A DNA stretch of 24,638 bases from a virus (taxonomy: Duplodnaviria; Caudoviricetes). Location of the stretch: positions 1 to 24,638 of the IMG/VR virus record IMGVR_UViG_3300026007_000036; one strand, written 5' to 3'. Each line of letters starts with the position of its first letter. Position 1 is the stretch's first letter. The notes under the pieces were generated by a model that was given only the letters and a program-made list of their open reading frames with translations, was not told the DNA's origin and ran no database searches. Below are positions 7,938 to 16,905 of this stretch, one piece after another. The position numbers and the translations under genes were made by a program.

Positions 7938-8998
7938 TAGCTCACCACCTCTACCCCGAACTCTGCAGCGTTGGCTGCGGAAAGAGTCCACTTCGCCGAG
8001 GTATCGGGGTCCACCTCAAAGACGTCATAGAAAGTCTGAAAGCTCGTCGAACCAACCGAGTGGGAGATGCCCCCGGTCGGCGACGTATAGAGCGTTGCGT
8101 TAGAGAAGATGATGTGTTTGAACTCTCGAGTGCCCGTCGTGTCCAGCCGTGCATCGCTGTTCACCTGGATGCCGTGAATCTGTCCGGTGATGAAGCTCAA
8201 GGAGTTGAACGCCAGCAAGTCCTGGTCGGACACAGTGGCCGAAAAGATGAACTGGTTGTTGACTGAGCCCGTGCACGATTTGTTGTCGAGCGCTTCGTAG
8301 TGGTTGGTGAAACCCGTGCCGCCGTTGTCGAGGGACCAATCCAAAGGGGTGCTGTCGCTGGTGGGCACGCGCCCCTCAACTACGGAGTCACCGAGGAAAG
8401 AGTTGTTGAGCGAGCCTTGGTCGTCGAGGATGTAGATGTCGTCGACCTCGTGTGCGCCCGTTTTCTCGAAGGTCATCTCCATCACGTCCGCGCCGGCTAG
8501 TCCCGAATCCGCTGTGTCGATCGGGCCGGGCAGGCTCAGGTCGACCACAGTGTTGTGTCGCACTTCGATCGCACCGTTGACGGTATCGAGAGTGAACTCG
8601 AACTCGAAGTAGTGCCAGGACTGGGACACGAAGTCAGACGTGCTGCCGAGCAGAGTAGCGCCTCGATAGACATCGAACTTGAACGTGTTGCCTGTGCCCT
8701 TCTTCCACTGGAAGCGGATTTGTTCGGTGACCCCTCGCTTGACGATCAACGGGAATGTCAGCGTCTCGTCGTTCACTGCAGAGGTGATGTAGCGGAGGCC
8801 GAAGCCGACGGTCCAAGTGTTCTGCAGTCCGAGCGACCGGGTGCGGTATGTTGATTGGCTAGAGCCTGAGGTGCGAATCGAGATGCCCTGCAAGCGACCA
8901 GTGGGGAACGTCGAGATGGAAGAGAACAGCGCCCACTTGCGCTTGATACAGTCGCCATCGGTGTAGTTCTCGAAACCTTCCATGAACTTGAGAGTCAT
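7937..8998 (-). CDS. Beta-rich (LamG/jelly-roll-like) tail structural protein, paralogue A (353 aa)
   Basis: MTLKFMEGFE N-terminus, WHYFEFEF, DDIYILDDQGSLNNSFLGD and DPDTSAKWT. Lies immediately after the tape measure gene. Confidence 0.78.
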   Translation of the reverse strand: MTLKFMEGFENYTDGDCIKRKWALFSSISTFPTGRLQGISIRTSGSSQSTYRTRSLGLQNTWTVGFGLRYITSAVNDETLTFPLIVKRGVTEQIRFQWKKGTGNTFKFDVYRGATLLGSTSDFVSQSWHYFEFEFTLDTVNGAIEVRHNTVVDLSLPGPIDTADSGLAGADVMEMTFEKTGAHEVDDIYILDDQGSLNNSFLGDSVVEGRVPTSDSTPLDWSLDNGGTGFTNHYEALDNKSCTGSVNNQFIFSATVSDQDLLAFNSLSFITGQIHGIQVNSDARLDTTGTREFKHIIFSNATLYTSPTGGISHSVGSTSFQTFYDVFEVDPDTSAKWTLSAANAAEFGVEVVS

Positions 8999-11900
8999 CT
9001 ATCCTCCAGTGCGACCACCCCGAAGGATACCATCGAAATCGCCTGCGTTGTCGCGCAAGAATCGACGGAAAGCGTTCGGACCGCTGGCCAGTAGGGTTTC
9101 CAAAGTCGTTTCGCCCACCGGGAAAGCCACCGCGGGCGGGGATTCGGCCGCAAGTTGCTCGCCGGCCTGGGCTTCCAGGTTAGCGCTGACTTGGCGGATG
9201 TTTTCGCTGACGGGGCCGCCTTCCTGGAAGCCGGGACCTCGCGACGTAGTCGAGCGGAGCGAGCGGAGACTCCGCAAGCCTGCGAGTCCTCGCAACAGGC
9301 CCGGGTCGATGAGGCGCTGGTTGAGCGCGCTCATGACGTCGGCGCCATAGTGGCGCACGGCCGAGACTCGCTGCACGAACTCCCCAGGTGTAAGGAAGGC
9401 GCTGATGTTGTCCGATTTGGCAACTCCCGGGGGTGGGGCGACACGCGGCAAGCTCGGGCTGACGTGGCCACCCTCGTCGAAGCCGACACCTCCACCGCGA
9501 GAAAATCCCGCGCCGCTGCCCGACGCGCCTGCGCGGATCGCAGCGGCTAGCCTGGCTGCACCGATCTCGATGCTGGCTGCAGTCGTGGCAGCGGTGATCT
9601 GAGTATCAGCAGCCGTAGTGGCAGCCGTAGTCGTGAGGGCCGCCGAAGTGGCAGCCGCGGTCGTCTGCGTCGTGGTCGTTGCGATAAGGGACGAGATCAG
9701 GTTGGCGATCAAGTTCTCGATAAGGGTCGAGAGGATGCGCGTCGCGAGCTGCTGCAAGAGCTGCCCGGCGGCTTGGCGCAGGTTGGCCAAGAACTGGTCC
9801 GTGACGAAGCGCCCGCTTTCGTCAAAGGCGTTGACGAACGACGTGGCCAGGGCGTTGCCCACTCCCTGTGAAAAGTCCTGCAGCAGTCCTGTGACTAGTC
9901 CGGACAGCGCCTGTTGGATAGTCTCGACCGAGTTGGCGAAGTCCTCCAGCCCTTGCTGGACGGCTTCTGCCTGTGTGCCCTCGGAGAGGATGCGCGCACG
10001 CTCCACCTCGCGGTCTAGGCGCTCTTGCTCGATCTCGCTGATGGTGTTGAGCACGCCGACCTGATCGGCTAGCGCATTCCGCTGCCGCACGAGCGCAGAC
10101 GACGTCTGTCCCTCCAAGCCCAGCCGCTGGATCGTGTCGTCCAACTCTGCGACCTGCCGGATGAGGGCTTCGCTGCGCAGGCGGTTCTGCACACGCAGCT
10201 CGGCCGACTGCGCGCGAAGCTGCGCGAGCCGCTGAGCAGCTTCTGAGCCCGGACCTTCGAGGTTGCGGATGTCACGCAACAGCTCAGCCTGCAAACGCAG
10301 CGCATCCACCTGCTCCACACTCTGGCGCACACTGCGCTGGGCGACGGCCTGTGCCTGTGCACGCTGCACGGCCAAACTTTGCTCTTCGAGACGGGTGATC
10401 TCGGCCGTGATCTGTGCCAGGGATCCTTTGAGGGTCTCCTCGCGGGAGAGCAGCTCCAGGCGCTCGCGCAAGAAGCTCAGCGCATTCTCGTCGAGCCGGC
10501 CCTGCTCCTGCACGGCGTTGATGTTCGCTTCGAGCTGCTCGCGCTGCTCCTGCAAGCGACGCACGAGCGCAGCCGCCTCGGCCTGCCTCTGGCGAGCGAT
10601 GTTGGCTTCCTCGGTGTTGCCCCGCTCCAGAGCGTTGCGCTCCTCTGCACGCGCCAAGTCGCGGCGCCTCTCTAGCTCGTCTATCTGACGACCGATGGCC
10701 AGCCTGCGCTGGAGTGCGGTCTCCACCTGCTGGATGATCGCCCTCTCGTTCTCGGAGAAGCTGTTGAGCGCCTTTTGGCTGTTCGCTTTGGACTCGGCCG
10801 CACGCTGCAAGGCCCTGTCGAGGTCGACTTCCTCGCGCCGGATCTGCAGCAGCTCGCGAGCCAAGGTGACCTGCTCGCGCTGCACTGCGTTCTGCACCTG
10901 CCCGGCCACGCCTCCGACATCGGGCCTACCTTGGAACGAGCGCTGTAGCTCCAAGCCTTCGAGCGTCGTGCGCAGTCGGTCGCTGGCGGCCGAGACGGAC
11001 TGGATGACTGTGCGCGTCGTGGAGAACTGGGCGGTGACGCGATCGAGCGTCTCGACCAAAGTCTCGGCCGCTTGCTGTTGTAGGTTGAGCCCAGCCAAAG
11101 CTTCGTCGCTGGCCGACTTGGCTGACGACTTCCGCTTGGCGTTCTCAGCCTTTTCCTGTTCGGTGCGCTCGCGGTTGCGCTTCTCGATCTCGGCGAAGAG
11201 TGCATCGTTCTGCTCGAACGCGTCTCTGAACTCCCGCTCGATGCGGTCGGTGTTGATGAGGCTGATGTTGAGCGGCTGCACCTGCAGACCGGTCGCGGCC
11301 TGCACGATTGCGTCTGCGGCTTTGTCGCCGAGCACACCAAGGTTGTTGCCGATGCGGGCCGTTTCGATCGCCAAGTCAGCGAGCGCAGAGATGACCGGCT
11401 GAAGCACCGCCGACGAGAACTTGTTGAAGAAGCCGGCCAGGAAGTTGAAGATGTTGGCGCCAACCCGACGGACACCGCGCGCGATGTTGAGGAAGATGCG
11501 CTCGATGCTGGCCGCGACGGTCAGGAGCGTCTCCTCGATGTTCAACGCGATACCGGTGAAGAAGCGCACGGCTTCGCGCACAGCCAAGAGCACGCCAGCG
11601 ACAATGCCGGCAGCGCGCGCTGCAACGAGAGCCAGTTTGCCCAGCGCGACCAACGACGACTGGATGACTGCGGGCAGTGCGAAGAAGGTGAGCTCGATCG
11701 ACAAGATCAGCGCGCGGATCGTAGCCAGGGAGGGGATGAGGGCTCGCAGCAAGCCACCGATGCGCACGAGGAACGGCACGAGCACGCGCACCGCGCCGAC
11801 TATAGGGGTGACGATGCCGAAAATGATGCCGATGACGGTGCGGATGGAGACCAGAACGGTGAGCACAGACACAAGAGTGCGCGCGATCTGGCGCACGGAT

Positions 11901-13384
11901 GCTTCGCTCTGCTCGAACCCAAGTGCCTCGGCCACTCCTTGGATGATGTCTGTGATACCGCGGATGACACTGCCAAGGAAGCTGAAGCCGTCGCTGAGCC
12001 CCTGCACCAAACCGATCGCGAGGTTGACTGCGGTGGTGATCGCAGTGGCGAGCGCTTGTGCTCCCTGCACTGCTTCTTCGAACGTGATCTCGGACAAGCC
12101 CTCGCGGATGTCGTTGAAGCCATCGACGATCGACGTGAAGAATACCTGCAGCACCTGTAACGTCTGCGGGTCGGGCGTCGGGAAACCAAACTGATCGAAG
12201 TCCAAGAACAGGTCGAGGATGTCGCGCAGCAGATCCTTGACGTCGTCGAAGAATCCGATGCTACGCCCGGCCTCGCCAGTCACCTGCGCGAAGCCGTCGG
12301 CGACGCGCCCGAGGAGTCCATCGACCGTGTCCAGCGCGCGCTTGCCAGCCTCGCCGAACGCGGAGAACCTGTCCTCCAAGAACTGGCCGAGCTGGCCGAG
12401 ATCCCGCACGCGCCGGATGTCGTCGTTGGTGATGCCGAGCGCGACAGCAATCCGGGTAGTCTGCGGGCGGATCGTGCCCGAAAGGATCGAGCGGACTTCC
12501 TCGCTGAGCTGGTTCTGTGCCACGCCAAGAGCGAGGGCTGCCTGGGAGATGCGCAGCGAGAAGCGGCGCACTTTGTCGACATCAAGCCCTGCGGTGAGGC
12601 CCGGAGCGAGCGCGACCTGGAACGTGTCCGTGAGTTGCTGGAACGTGGCAGCCGTCGTCAGCGCGTCGCGCCGAAGGAGCTGCGTCTGGCGTCGCGCCTC
12701 GTTCTGGGCCAGGGAGAGCTGCTCAGCCTGGGAGACGACCTCCCCAAAAGCGCCTCGCACCTCGCCGACCGCGGTCAGGATGGCAGCGATGCCTAGCTCC
12801 GAGCGCTCGATCGTCCGGTTGAACTGGATCGAGGTCTCGATCAGCCCCCGGATGCCGTCGATGACGCCCCGGGCCACGATGAACGTGGAGATGATGCCGC
12901 CCATGCGCAGGAACGAGCCCGCCAGCCGGTCAGCACTGCCCCTGGTAGCCTTGACCGCTTTCCTGAGCCTTCTGACACCCGCAGCGCCTCGGCGTCCAGC
13001 AGAGGCCGCCTGAGACCCCGTGCGTTTGATCTCACGCCCGGTGGCGCGAGACTCGGTGCGGACTCGGCGCAGCTCCCTGCGGATCTGGACCAGTTCGGAG
13101 ACGATGCGGCCGAAGGCCTGCCGGGCGCGGCGAGCGTCCTGGATCTGCTGGGCCAGCGCCTGGCTGGCGCGAGACGCGCCGACCGTCCCCAGGGCGTTGC
13201 CTGCAGCCCGGATCCCGGTGGCGGCCTGTGCAGCGTCGCGGCCAGCGAGACGCATCTCGGCGCGGAACGAGCTGAACTCTTCGCGACCCTCGCGCAGCTC
13301 CTGTCGGAAGCGGCGCAGGCTGCGGAAGGTCTGACCTGTGGTCAGCCGGATGTTGTAGCGGAGTTCGCCGCGATCGACAGCCAC
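8999..13384 (-). CDS. Tail tape measure protein (1461 aa)
   Basis: Long helical, Ala/Leu/Arg/Glu-rich ORF with central hydrophobic segments and a C-terminal GGxV...SDNISAFLTPGEFV motif. It follows the chaperone pair. GTG start overlaps the upstream TAG. Confidence 0.95.
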   Translation of the reverse strand: MAVDRGELRYNIRLTTGQTFRSLRRFRQELREGREEFSSFRAEMRLAGRDAAQAATGIRAAGNALGTVGASRASQALAQQIQDARRARQAFGRIVSELVQIRRELRRVRTESRATGREIKRTGSQAASAGRRGAAGVRRLRKAVKATRGSADRLAGSFLRMGGIISTFIVARGVIDGIRGLIETSIQFNRTIERSELGIAAILTAVGEVRGAFGEVVSQAEQLSLAQNEARRQTQLLRRDALTTAATFQQLTDTFQVALAPGLTAGLDVDKVRRFSLRISQAALALGVAQNQLSEEVRSILSGTIRPQTTRIAVALGITNDDIRRVRDLGQLGQFLEDRFSAFGEAGKRALDTVDGLLGRVADGFAQVTGEAGRSIGFFDDVKDLLRDILDLFLDFDQFGFPTPDPQTLQVLQVFFTSIVDGFNDIREGLSEITFEEAVQGAQALATAITTAVNLAIGLVQGLSDGFSFLGSVIRGITDIIQGVAEALGFEQSEASVRQIARTLVSVLTVLVSIRTVIGIIFGIVTPIVGAVRVLVPFLVRIGGLLRALIPSLATIRALILSIELTFFALPAVIQSSLVALGKLALVAARAAGIVAGVLLAVREAVRFFTGIALNIEETLLTVAASIERIFLNIARGVRRVGANIFNFLAGFFNKFSSAVLQPVISALADLAIETARIGNNLGVLGDKAADAIVQAATGLQVQPLNISLINTDRIEREFRDAFEQNDALFAEIEKRNRERTEQEKAENAKRKSSAKSASDEALAGLNLQQQAAETLVETLDRVTAQFSTTRTVIQSVSAASDRLRTTLEGLELQRSFQGRPDVGGVAGQVQNAVQREQVTLARELLQIRREEVDLDRALQRAAESKANSQKALNSFSENERAIIQQVETALQRRLAIGRQIDELERRRDLARAEERNALERGNTEEANIARQRQAEAAALVRRLQEQREQLEANINAVQEQGRLDENALSFLRERLELLSREETLKGSLAQITAEITRLEEQSLAVQRAQAQAVAQRSVRQSVEQVDALRLQAELLRDIRNLEGPGSEAAQRLAQLRAQSAELRVQNRLRSEALIRQVAELDDTIQRLGLEGQTSSALVRQRNALADQVGVLNTISEIEQERLDREVERARILSEGTQAEAVQQGLEDFANSVETIQQALSGLVTGLLQDFSQGVGNALATSFVNAFDESGRFVTDQFLANLRQAAGQLLQQLATRILSTLIENLIANLISSLIATTTTQTTAAATSAALTTTAATTAADTQITAATTAASIEIGAARLAAAIRAGASGSGAGFSRGGGVGFDEGGHVSPSLPRVAPPPGVAKSDNISAFLTPGEFVQRVSAVRHYGADVMSALNQRLIDPGLLRGLAGLRSLRSLRSTTSRGPGFQEGGPVSENIRQVSANLEAQAGEQLAAESPPAVAFPVGETTLETLLASGPNAFRRFLRDNAGDFDGILRGGRTGG

Positions 13385-13857
13385 TAGAAGCCGCCTCCGA
13401 ATGCTGAGAGGAACGCATCGAGGTTGTTGGACTGCTTGTCCTGCGCGACGCCTTGTGCCCCGCCTCGTGTGATTTTACTCCACTGACCGACCCACTTCTG
13501 CATGGACTTCTGATCGCCTTGGGCGGCAACCATCATGGTCCAGGCGCGTTCGATCTTCTCGTGGTATTCCACACGAAGCACCGACTCAAGCATCTCGTTG
13601 AACGTCTCGATGTCGAAGTCTAGGATAGCCTCCAACGACCAGTGTGTCGTTGAAGACATGCGCACTACAGCGTCCACAAAGACGCTGTAGTCGGCCTCCG
13701 CTACGTCGTCGGAACCTCGCCCTCGTCGTGGAGCATCCGGAGATCGGCTTCGGTCGCGGCTTCCTGCTGTGGCTGATCGGGAGCGTCGTCTTCCGGATTC
13801 TCGTCCGGATCCGCCGTCATTCTCTCGACGGCTTGATTGATCCGCTCCCGGATCAAG
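13384..13857 (-). CDS. Tail assembly chaperone T segment, -1 frame (C-terminal part of a ~324-aa G-T fusion)
   Basis: The frame of ORF 13384-13677 stays open upstream to the slippery site. It is closed by a TGA just 5' of that site. Confidence 0.8.
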   Translation of the reverse strand, partial: LDPGADQSSRRENDGGSGRESGRRRSRSATAGSRDRSRSPDAPRRGRGSDDVAEADYSVFVDAVVRMSSTTHWSLEAILDFDIETFNEMLESVLRVEYHEKIERAWTMMVAAQGDQKSMQKWVGQWSKITRGGAQGVAQDKQSNNLDAFLSAFGGGF

Positions 13858-14357
13858 TTTCCCAGGTCACCAAAGATGGCCGTGTTGGCCGCCATGAATC
13901 CCTTGATGAAGTCCGCGAACACGGTGATGTCCATGCCCTCGGCATCCGCGAACGACTTGACCTCGGCCTCACTCGGCTCGGCCGGGCAGTCGTCCCGCAG
14001 AGAGTCCATGATGAGACGCGCCAGCTTGTAGCGTGTCTCGTCTGCGAAGAGTGCTTTCATCGCGCCGCTCACTGCCTGCTGGCGTTCGCTGGCGCGAAAC
14101 TGTGCCATCTCCAGGGAGATGGGCTCGCGAGCGCGCGCGACGGTGCCGTCGACACACTGCTCTTCGAGGATCTTCTCATCGACGTTGCGTGGGCGCATGA
14201 TGACCTGGAGTGCCTCGGAGATCGGCTCCAGGATGGCGCGCACGTCGCCAGTGAGAATGCGCTTGATGCGCACGGGGTAGAAGTTGAACTCGACGTCGCC
14301 GATGATCTTGGGCGTGTTCTTCTTGCGCAGGGCGCCGAGCTTGTTGAGGATTTCCAT
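13701..14357 (-). CDS. Tail assembly chaperone G (218 aa)
   Basis: Lies between tail tube and tape measure. AAGGAG RBS. Contains an in-frame slippery heptamer. Confidence 0.85.
   Translation of the reverse strand: MEILNKLGALRKKNTPKIIGDVEFNFYPVRIKRILTGDVRAILEPISEALQVIMRPRNVDEKILEEQCVDGTVARAREPISLEMAQFRASERQQAVSGAMKALFADETRYKLARLIMDSLRDDCPAEPSEAEVKSFADAEGMDITVFADFIKGFMAANTAIFGDLGNLIRERINQAVERMTADPDENPEDDAPDQPQQEAATEADLRMLHDEGEVPTT
13857..13863 (-). promoter_or_regulatory. Programmed -1 ribosomal frameshift site G_GGA_AAC
   Basis: CTG GGA AAC is an XXXYYYZ heptamer in the correct phase (compare lambda G-T GGGAAAG). The -1 frame is open for 157 codons to the TAG at 13384. Confidence 0.85.
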
Positions 14358-14382
14358 AGGTAGCTCCTTGGGCGGGGGGGTG

Positions 14383-14418
14383 AAGACGGGGGAGAGACCG
14401 AAGCCTTTCCCCTATCTT
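14383..14418 (-). terminator. Hairpin after the tail tube gene (terminator-like or mRNA-stabilising)
   Basis: GGGGAAAGGC-TTCG-GTCTCTCCCC with a cUUCGg loop, extendable by AAGAT/GTCTT. The U-tract is weak. Confidence 0.55.
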
Positions 14419-14428
14419 ACCACAGGAT

Positions 14429-15283
14429 CTAGTCGACGGCCTTCTGGATCGTCAGAGTGGGGCTGCCGGTCAGCGCCGAGTTGGACTCGGCAACGCCCGT
14501 GAGGCCCATCTGCGCCAGCTCGTCGCCGACCACCGACAGGTCGCCGTCGCCGACCAAGAGCACCGAGTGGAACTCCATCTCGACCTGCTCGTCGTTGTTG
14601 TTCTGGTTCTCGACGATCGCCTTGACCGCGTAGCGAACCTGACTGCGCGCGAGCGCGTCGATCGTCTCGATGGTCGCCGGAGCGGTCGCGTCGGCCGCGA
14701 GCGTGACGTCGATACCCTCACCGCCGGCCAGAGTATTGGGGCCGCCGGAGTGAAACTCCAGGAGACCCATGGTCTCGTCGACCGTGTAGTCGCCGGTCGG
14801 GGCCGCGCCCTGCGTCAGGGCTGTGGCCGGCTGCTTGTCCACACTGACCAACGAAGAGTCGATGCCGAGCGCGCGCACGCCCGAGCTGTCGAAGATCGGA
14901 TACCAGCAGTTGAGCGCGAGGTTGTCGGTCAGCTCGTATGCCACAATGCCCGCGACGGCCGGGTTGGCAGGGTTGGACGTGCCGGCGGAGAAGAAGACCG
15001 CGACGTTCTCGTGGTTCAGCTCTTCGAGCGTCATCGACAGGTTGAGCGTCCGCTGGATGATGAGGCGACGGTCGATCACCGCACCGCCAAACTGCTGGCA
15101 GTGCGACGCGCGGTGCGTCAGCTCTTCGATGTCGACGGACACCGACAGGTTCGGGGTGTTGCCGACGGGACGGTAGCACGTCGGCAGGCCCGTGGTCGAG
15201 TCCAGTTCCGACAGGAACACGCATGCCCTCCCGAGAAGGTAGTCCCGGTTGTCGGGTGATCCGGTTTGGTTGAATCCGAGCAT
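14429..15283 (-). CDS. Major tail (tube) protein (284 aa)
   Basis: YLLGRACVFL...VGNTPNLSV...LSMTLEELNHENVAVF and C-terminal GDLSVVGDELAQMGLTG, typical of siphovirus tubes. AAGGAG RBS and expected gene order. Confidence 0.88.
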   Translation of the reverse strand: MLGFNQTGSPDNRDYLLGRACVFLSELDSTTGLPTCYRPVGNTPNLSVSVDIEELTHRASHCQQFGGAVIDRRLIIQRTLNLSMTLEELNHENVAVFFSAGTSNPANPAVAGIVAYELTDNLALNCWYPIFDSSGVRALGIDSSLVSVDKQPATALTQGAAPTGDYTVDETMGLLEFHSGGPNTLAGGEGIDVTLAADATAPATIETIDALARSQVRYAVKAIVENQNNNDEQVEMEFHSVLLVGDGDLSVVGDELAQMGLTGVAESNSALTGSPTLTIQKAVD

Positions 15284-15308
15284 CTCGGTTCTCCTTGAGG
15301 TTTGGGGG

Positions 15309-15770
15309 TTAGAGCGGGCTCAGGTCCGCTTGGAAGCGGTAGGTGACTCTGGTCCCGTGGGAAGACTGTTGTTCCGGCGGATGCGAATAGACGGCATCCA
15401 GGAACGAAATGTCGATCTGTTGGTCGAGATCGTTGTCGCGCGAAACCCGTAGCGGGCCTCGCATGAACTTCTCCTCGAACGTGTCGAGGCTGACCTGCTG
15501 GTCGAAGTGCACCATTGCAATCCAGACCCAGGCTACCCGCTGCTGCAGTCGACCGCCGCACTTGCGGGTGCTGCTCTCTTCGAAGCCAACCTGTTGTGGA
15601 CGAATCAGGATGGTCTGCGGCTTGAGTGCTTCCGGCCCGCTGCGTCGCACGCCGTCACGATACTTGATGGTGGGAAACCTCTCGTTGGCGATCAGCATAT
15701 ACACCACGTTGTGGACCCGATCGGAGATGGACGGATTCAGCTCTACCACTGCATTGCGTTGGCTGGTCAT
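15309..15770 (-). CDS. Probable tail terminator/completion protein (153 aa)
   Basis: Size and position directly before the tail tube. ATGA overlap with the upstream gene. No diagnostic motif recognised. Confidence 0.6.
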   Translation of the reverse strand: MTSQRNAVVELNPSISDRVHNVVYMLIANERFPTIKYRDGVRRSGPEALKPQTILIRPQQVGFEESSTRKCGGRLQQRVAWVWIAMVHFDQQVSLDTFEEKFMRGPLRVSRDNDLDQQIDISFLDAVYSHPPEQQSSHGTRVTYRFQADLSPL

Positions 15771-16372
15771 CCTGTGGTCTCCGGGAAGCGTCTGAGAATC
15801 TCACTATCGAAGCGCACCGACGGCACAAGGAAGTTGCCTCGGAACTTACCCAAGTCGCAGTAGACGCTGCCGCCCGGGAAGAAGGCCTCGGTGCCGTTCG
15901 TGGTGCCGTCGAAAGCCTGCACGCTCTCGGCGGCCTCGCCCTCATCGCTGGCGACGACGTAGCAGAAGAGATCCTCTACCTCGCGTGCGCAGCGGCGCAG
16001 GATCGAGGCCTGTCCAAGTGCGTCTAGCTGGCGCCACACGCCTTGGTCGTTGAACTCTTGGAATGCGCTGCCGCTCGCGTCGGCGAACATGACCTGCAGG
16101 CGTTTGATGCACTCACACCAAACCCACTTGACTTCGAGCACCCGCGCTGCCATGCGTCGGGCTTCGAGGTCGGTGGTGGGATCGTCGGTGTAAGTGACCG
16201 CCTGCAGGTCCGAGATGACTGTGAAGCCAGCCCGCTGCACCATCCAGACCTTGAAGGCGCGCACGCAATCCTCGATGACCACCTGCACGTCCTGTTTGGA
16301 GTTCGCACCGGTCAATCGAAGGGCTGACTTGAGCGCCTCGAAGTCGTCATGGAATAGCGGGCTGATCTGCAT
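15767..16372 (-). CDS. Probable head-tail adaptor (201 aa)
   Basis: Helical N-terminus FEALKSALRL, reminiscent of gp6/gp15-like adaptors. Position after the capsid gene. Confidence 0.6.
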   Translation of the reverse strand: MQISPLFHDDFEALKSALRLTGANSKQDVQVVIEDCVRAFKVWMVQRAGFTVISDLQAVTYTDDPTTDLEARRMAARVLEVKWVWCECIKRLQVMFADASGSAFQEFNDQGVWRQLDALGQASILRRCAREVEDLFCYVVASDEGEAAESVQAFDGTTNGTEAFFPGGSVYCDLGKFRGNFLVPSVRFDSEILRRFPETTG

Positions 16373-16373
16373 A

Positions 16374-16850
16374 CTAGCTCACCTGCGCGTCGGCGACGTC
16401 GTCCAGATCGGGCTCGCCACCGGTTTCGGTGACCTCGCCGGTCTCGGCGTTGACCTCGACCTGCTTCTGGTCGATGATCTCCGCGCCATCGTTCTCGATG
16501 CCCTCGGCCTGCTGCTTGGCGACGATGTCCTGAAGCTGGGCGTCCAGGGCGGGGTCGCCCGTGCCCGGCACGAGGGCGATGCCGTCGTCCAGGGGGTTGT
16601 CCTCACTGCCGGCCTTGACAACCGCCGAGACTTCCACCCCATCCTTGGGGCGCAGCGCCTTGACATCGGACAACCTGGGCACGCTGTCCTGCCAGTAGAT
16701 GAGGCCGTCCGCGAGGGCGAGCTCGATCCACTGCTCCGAGACGTGGTCGACGGGAATGGTTTGCGTCGGCTTGATGACGATGCGCTTGGGACCGGGAAGG
16801 ACGACAGTCACCGATGCGACGAGGCGGCGATCCGGTTCTTGATTGCTCAT
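16374..16850 (-). CDS. Hypothetical acidic protein following the capsid gene (158 aa)
   Basis: Start moved to the ATG at 16850 (MSNQEP), preceded by AGGAG. Asp/Glu-rich, probably disordered C-terminus. Confidence 0.7.
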   Translation of the reverse strand: MSNQEPDRRLVASVTVVLPGPKRIVIKPTQTIPVDHVSEQWIELALADGLIYWQDSVPRLSDVKALRPKDGVEVSAVVKAGSEDNPLDDGIALVPGTGDPALDAQLQDIVAKQQAEGIENDGAEIIDQKQVEVNAETGEVTETGGEPDLDDVADAQVS

Positions 16851-16880
16851 GGTAGCTCCTGGGTTGAGTGATAGTAGACA

Positions 16881-16905
16881 GAGGGGGCCCGCAGTGAGCC
16901 CCCTC
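16881..16905 (-). terminator. GC-rich hairpin after the major capsid gene
   Basis: GAGGGGGCTC-ACTGC-GGGCCCCCTC, 20 nt after the stop. No strong U-tract. Confidence 0.55.
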
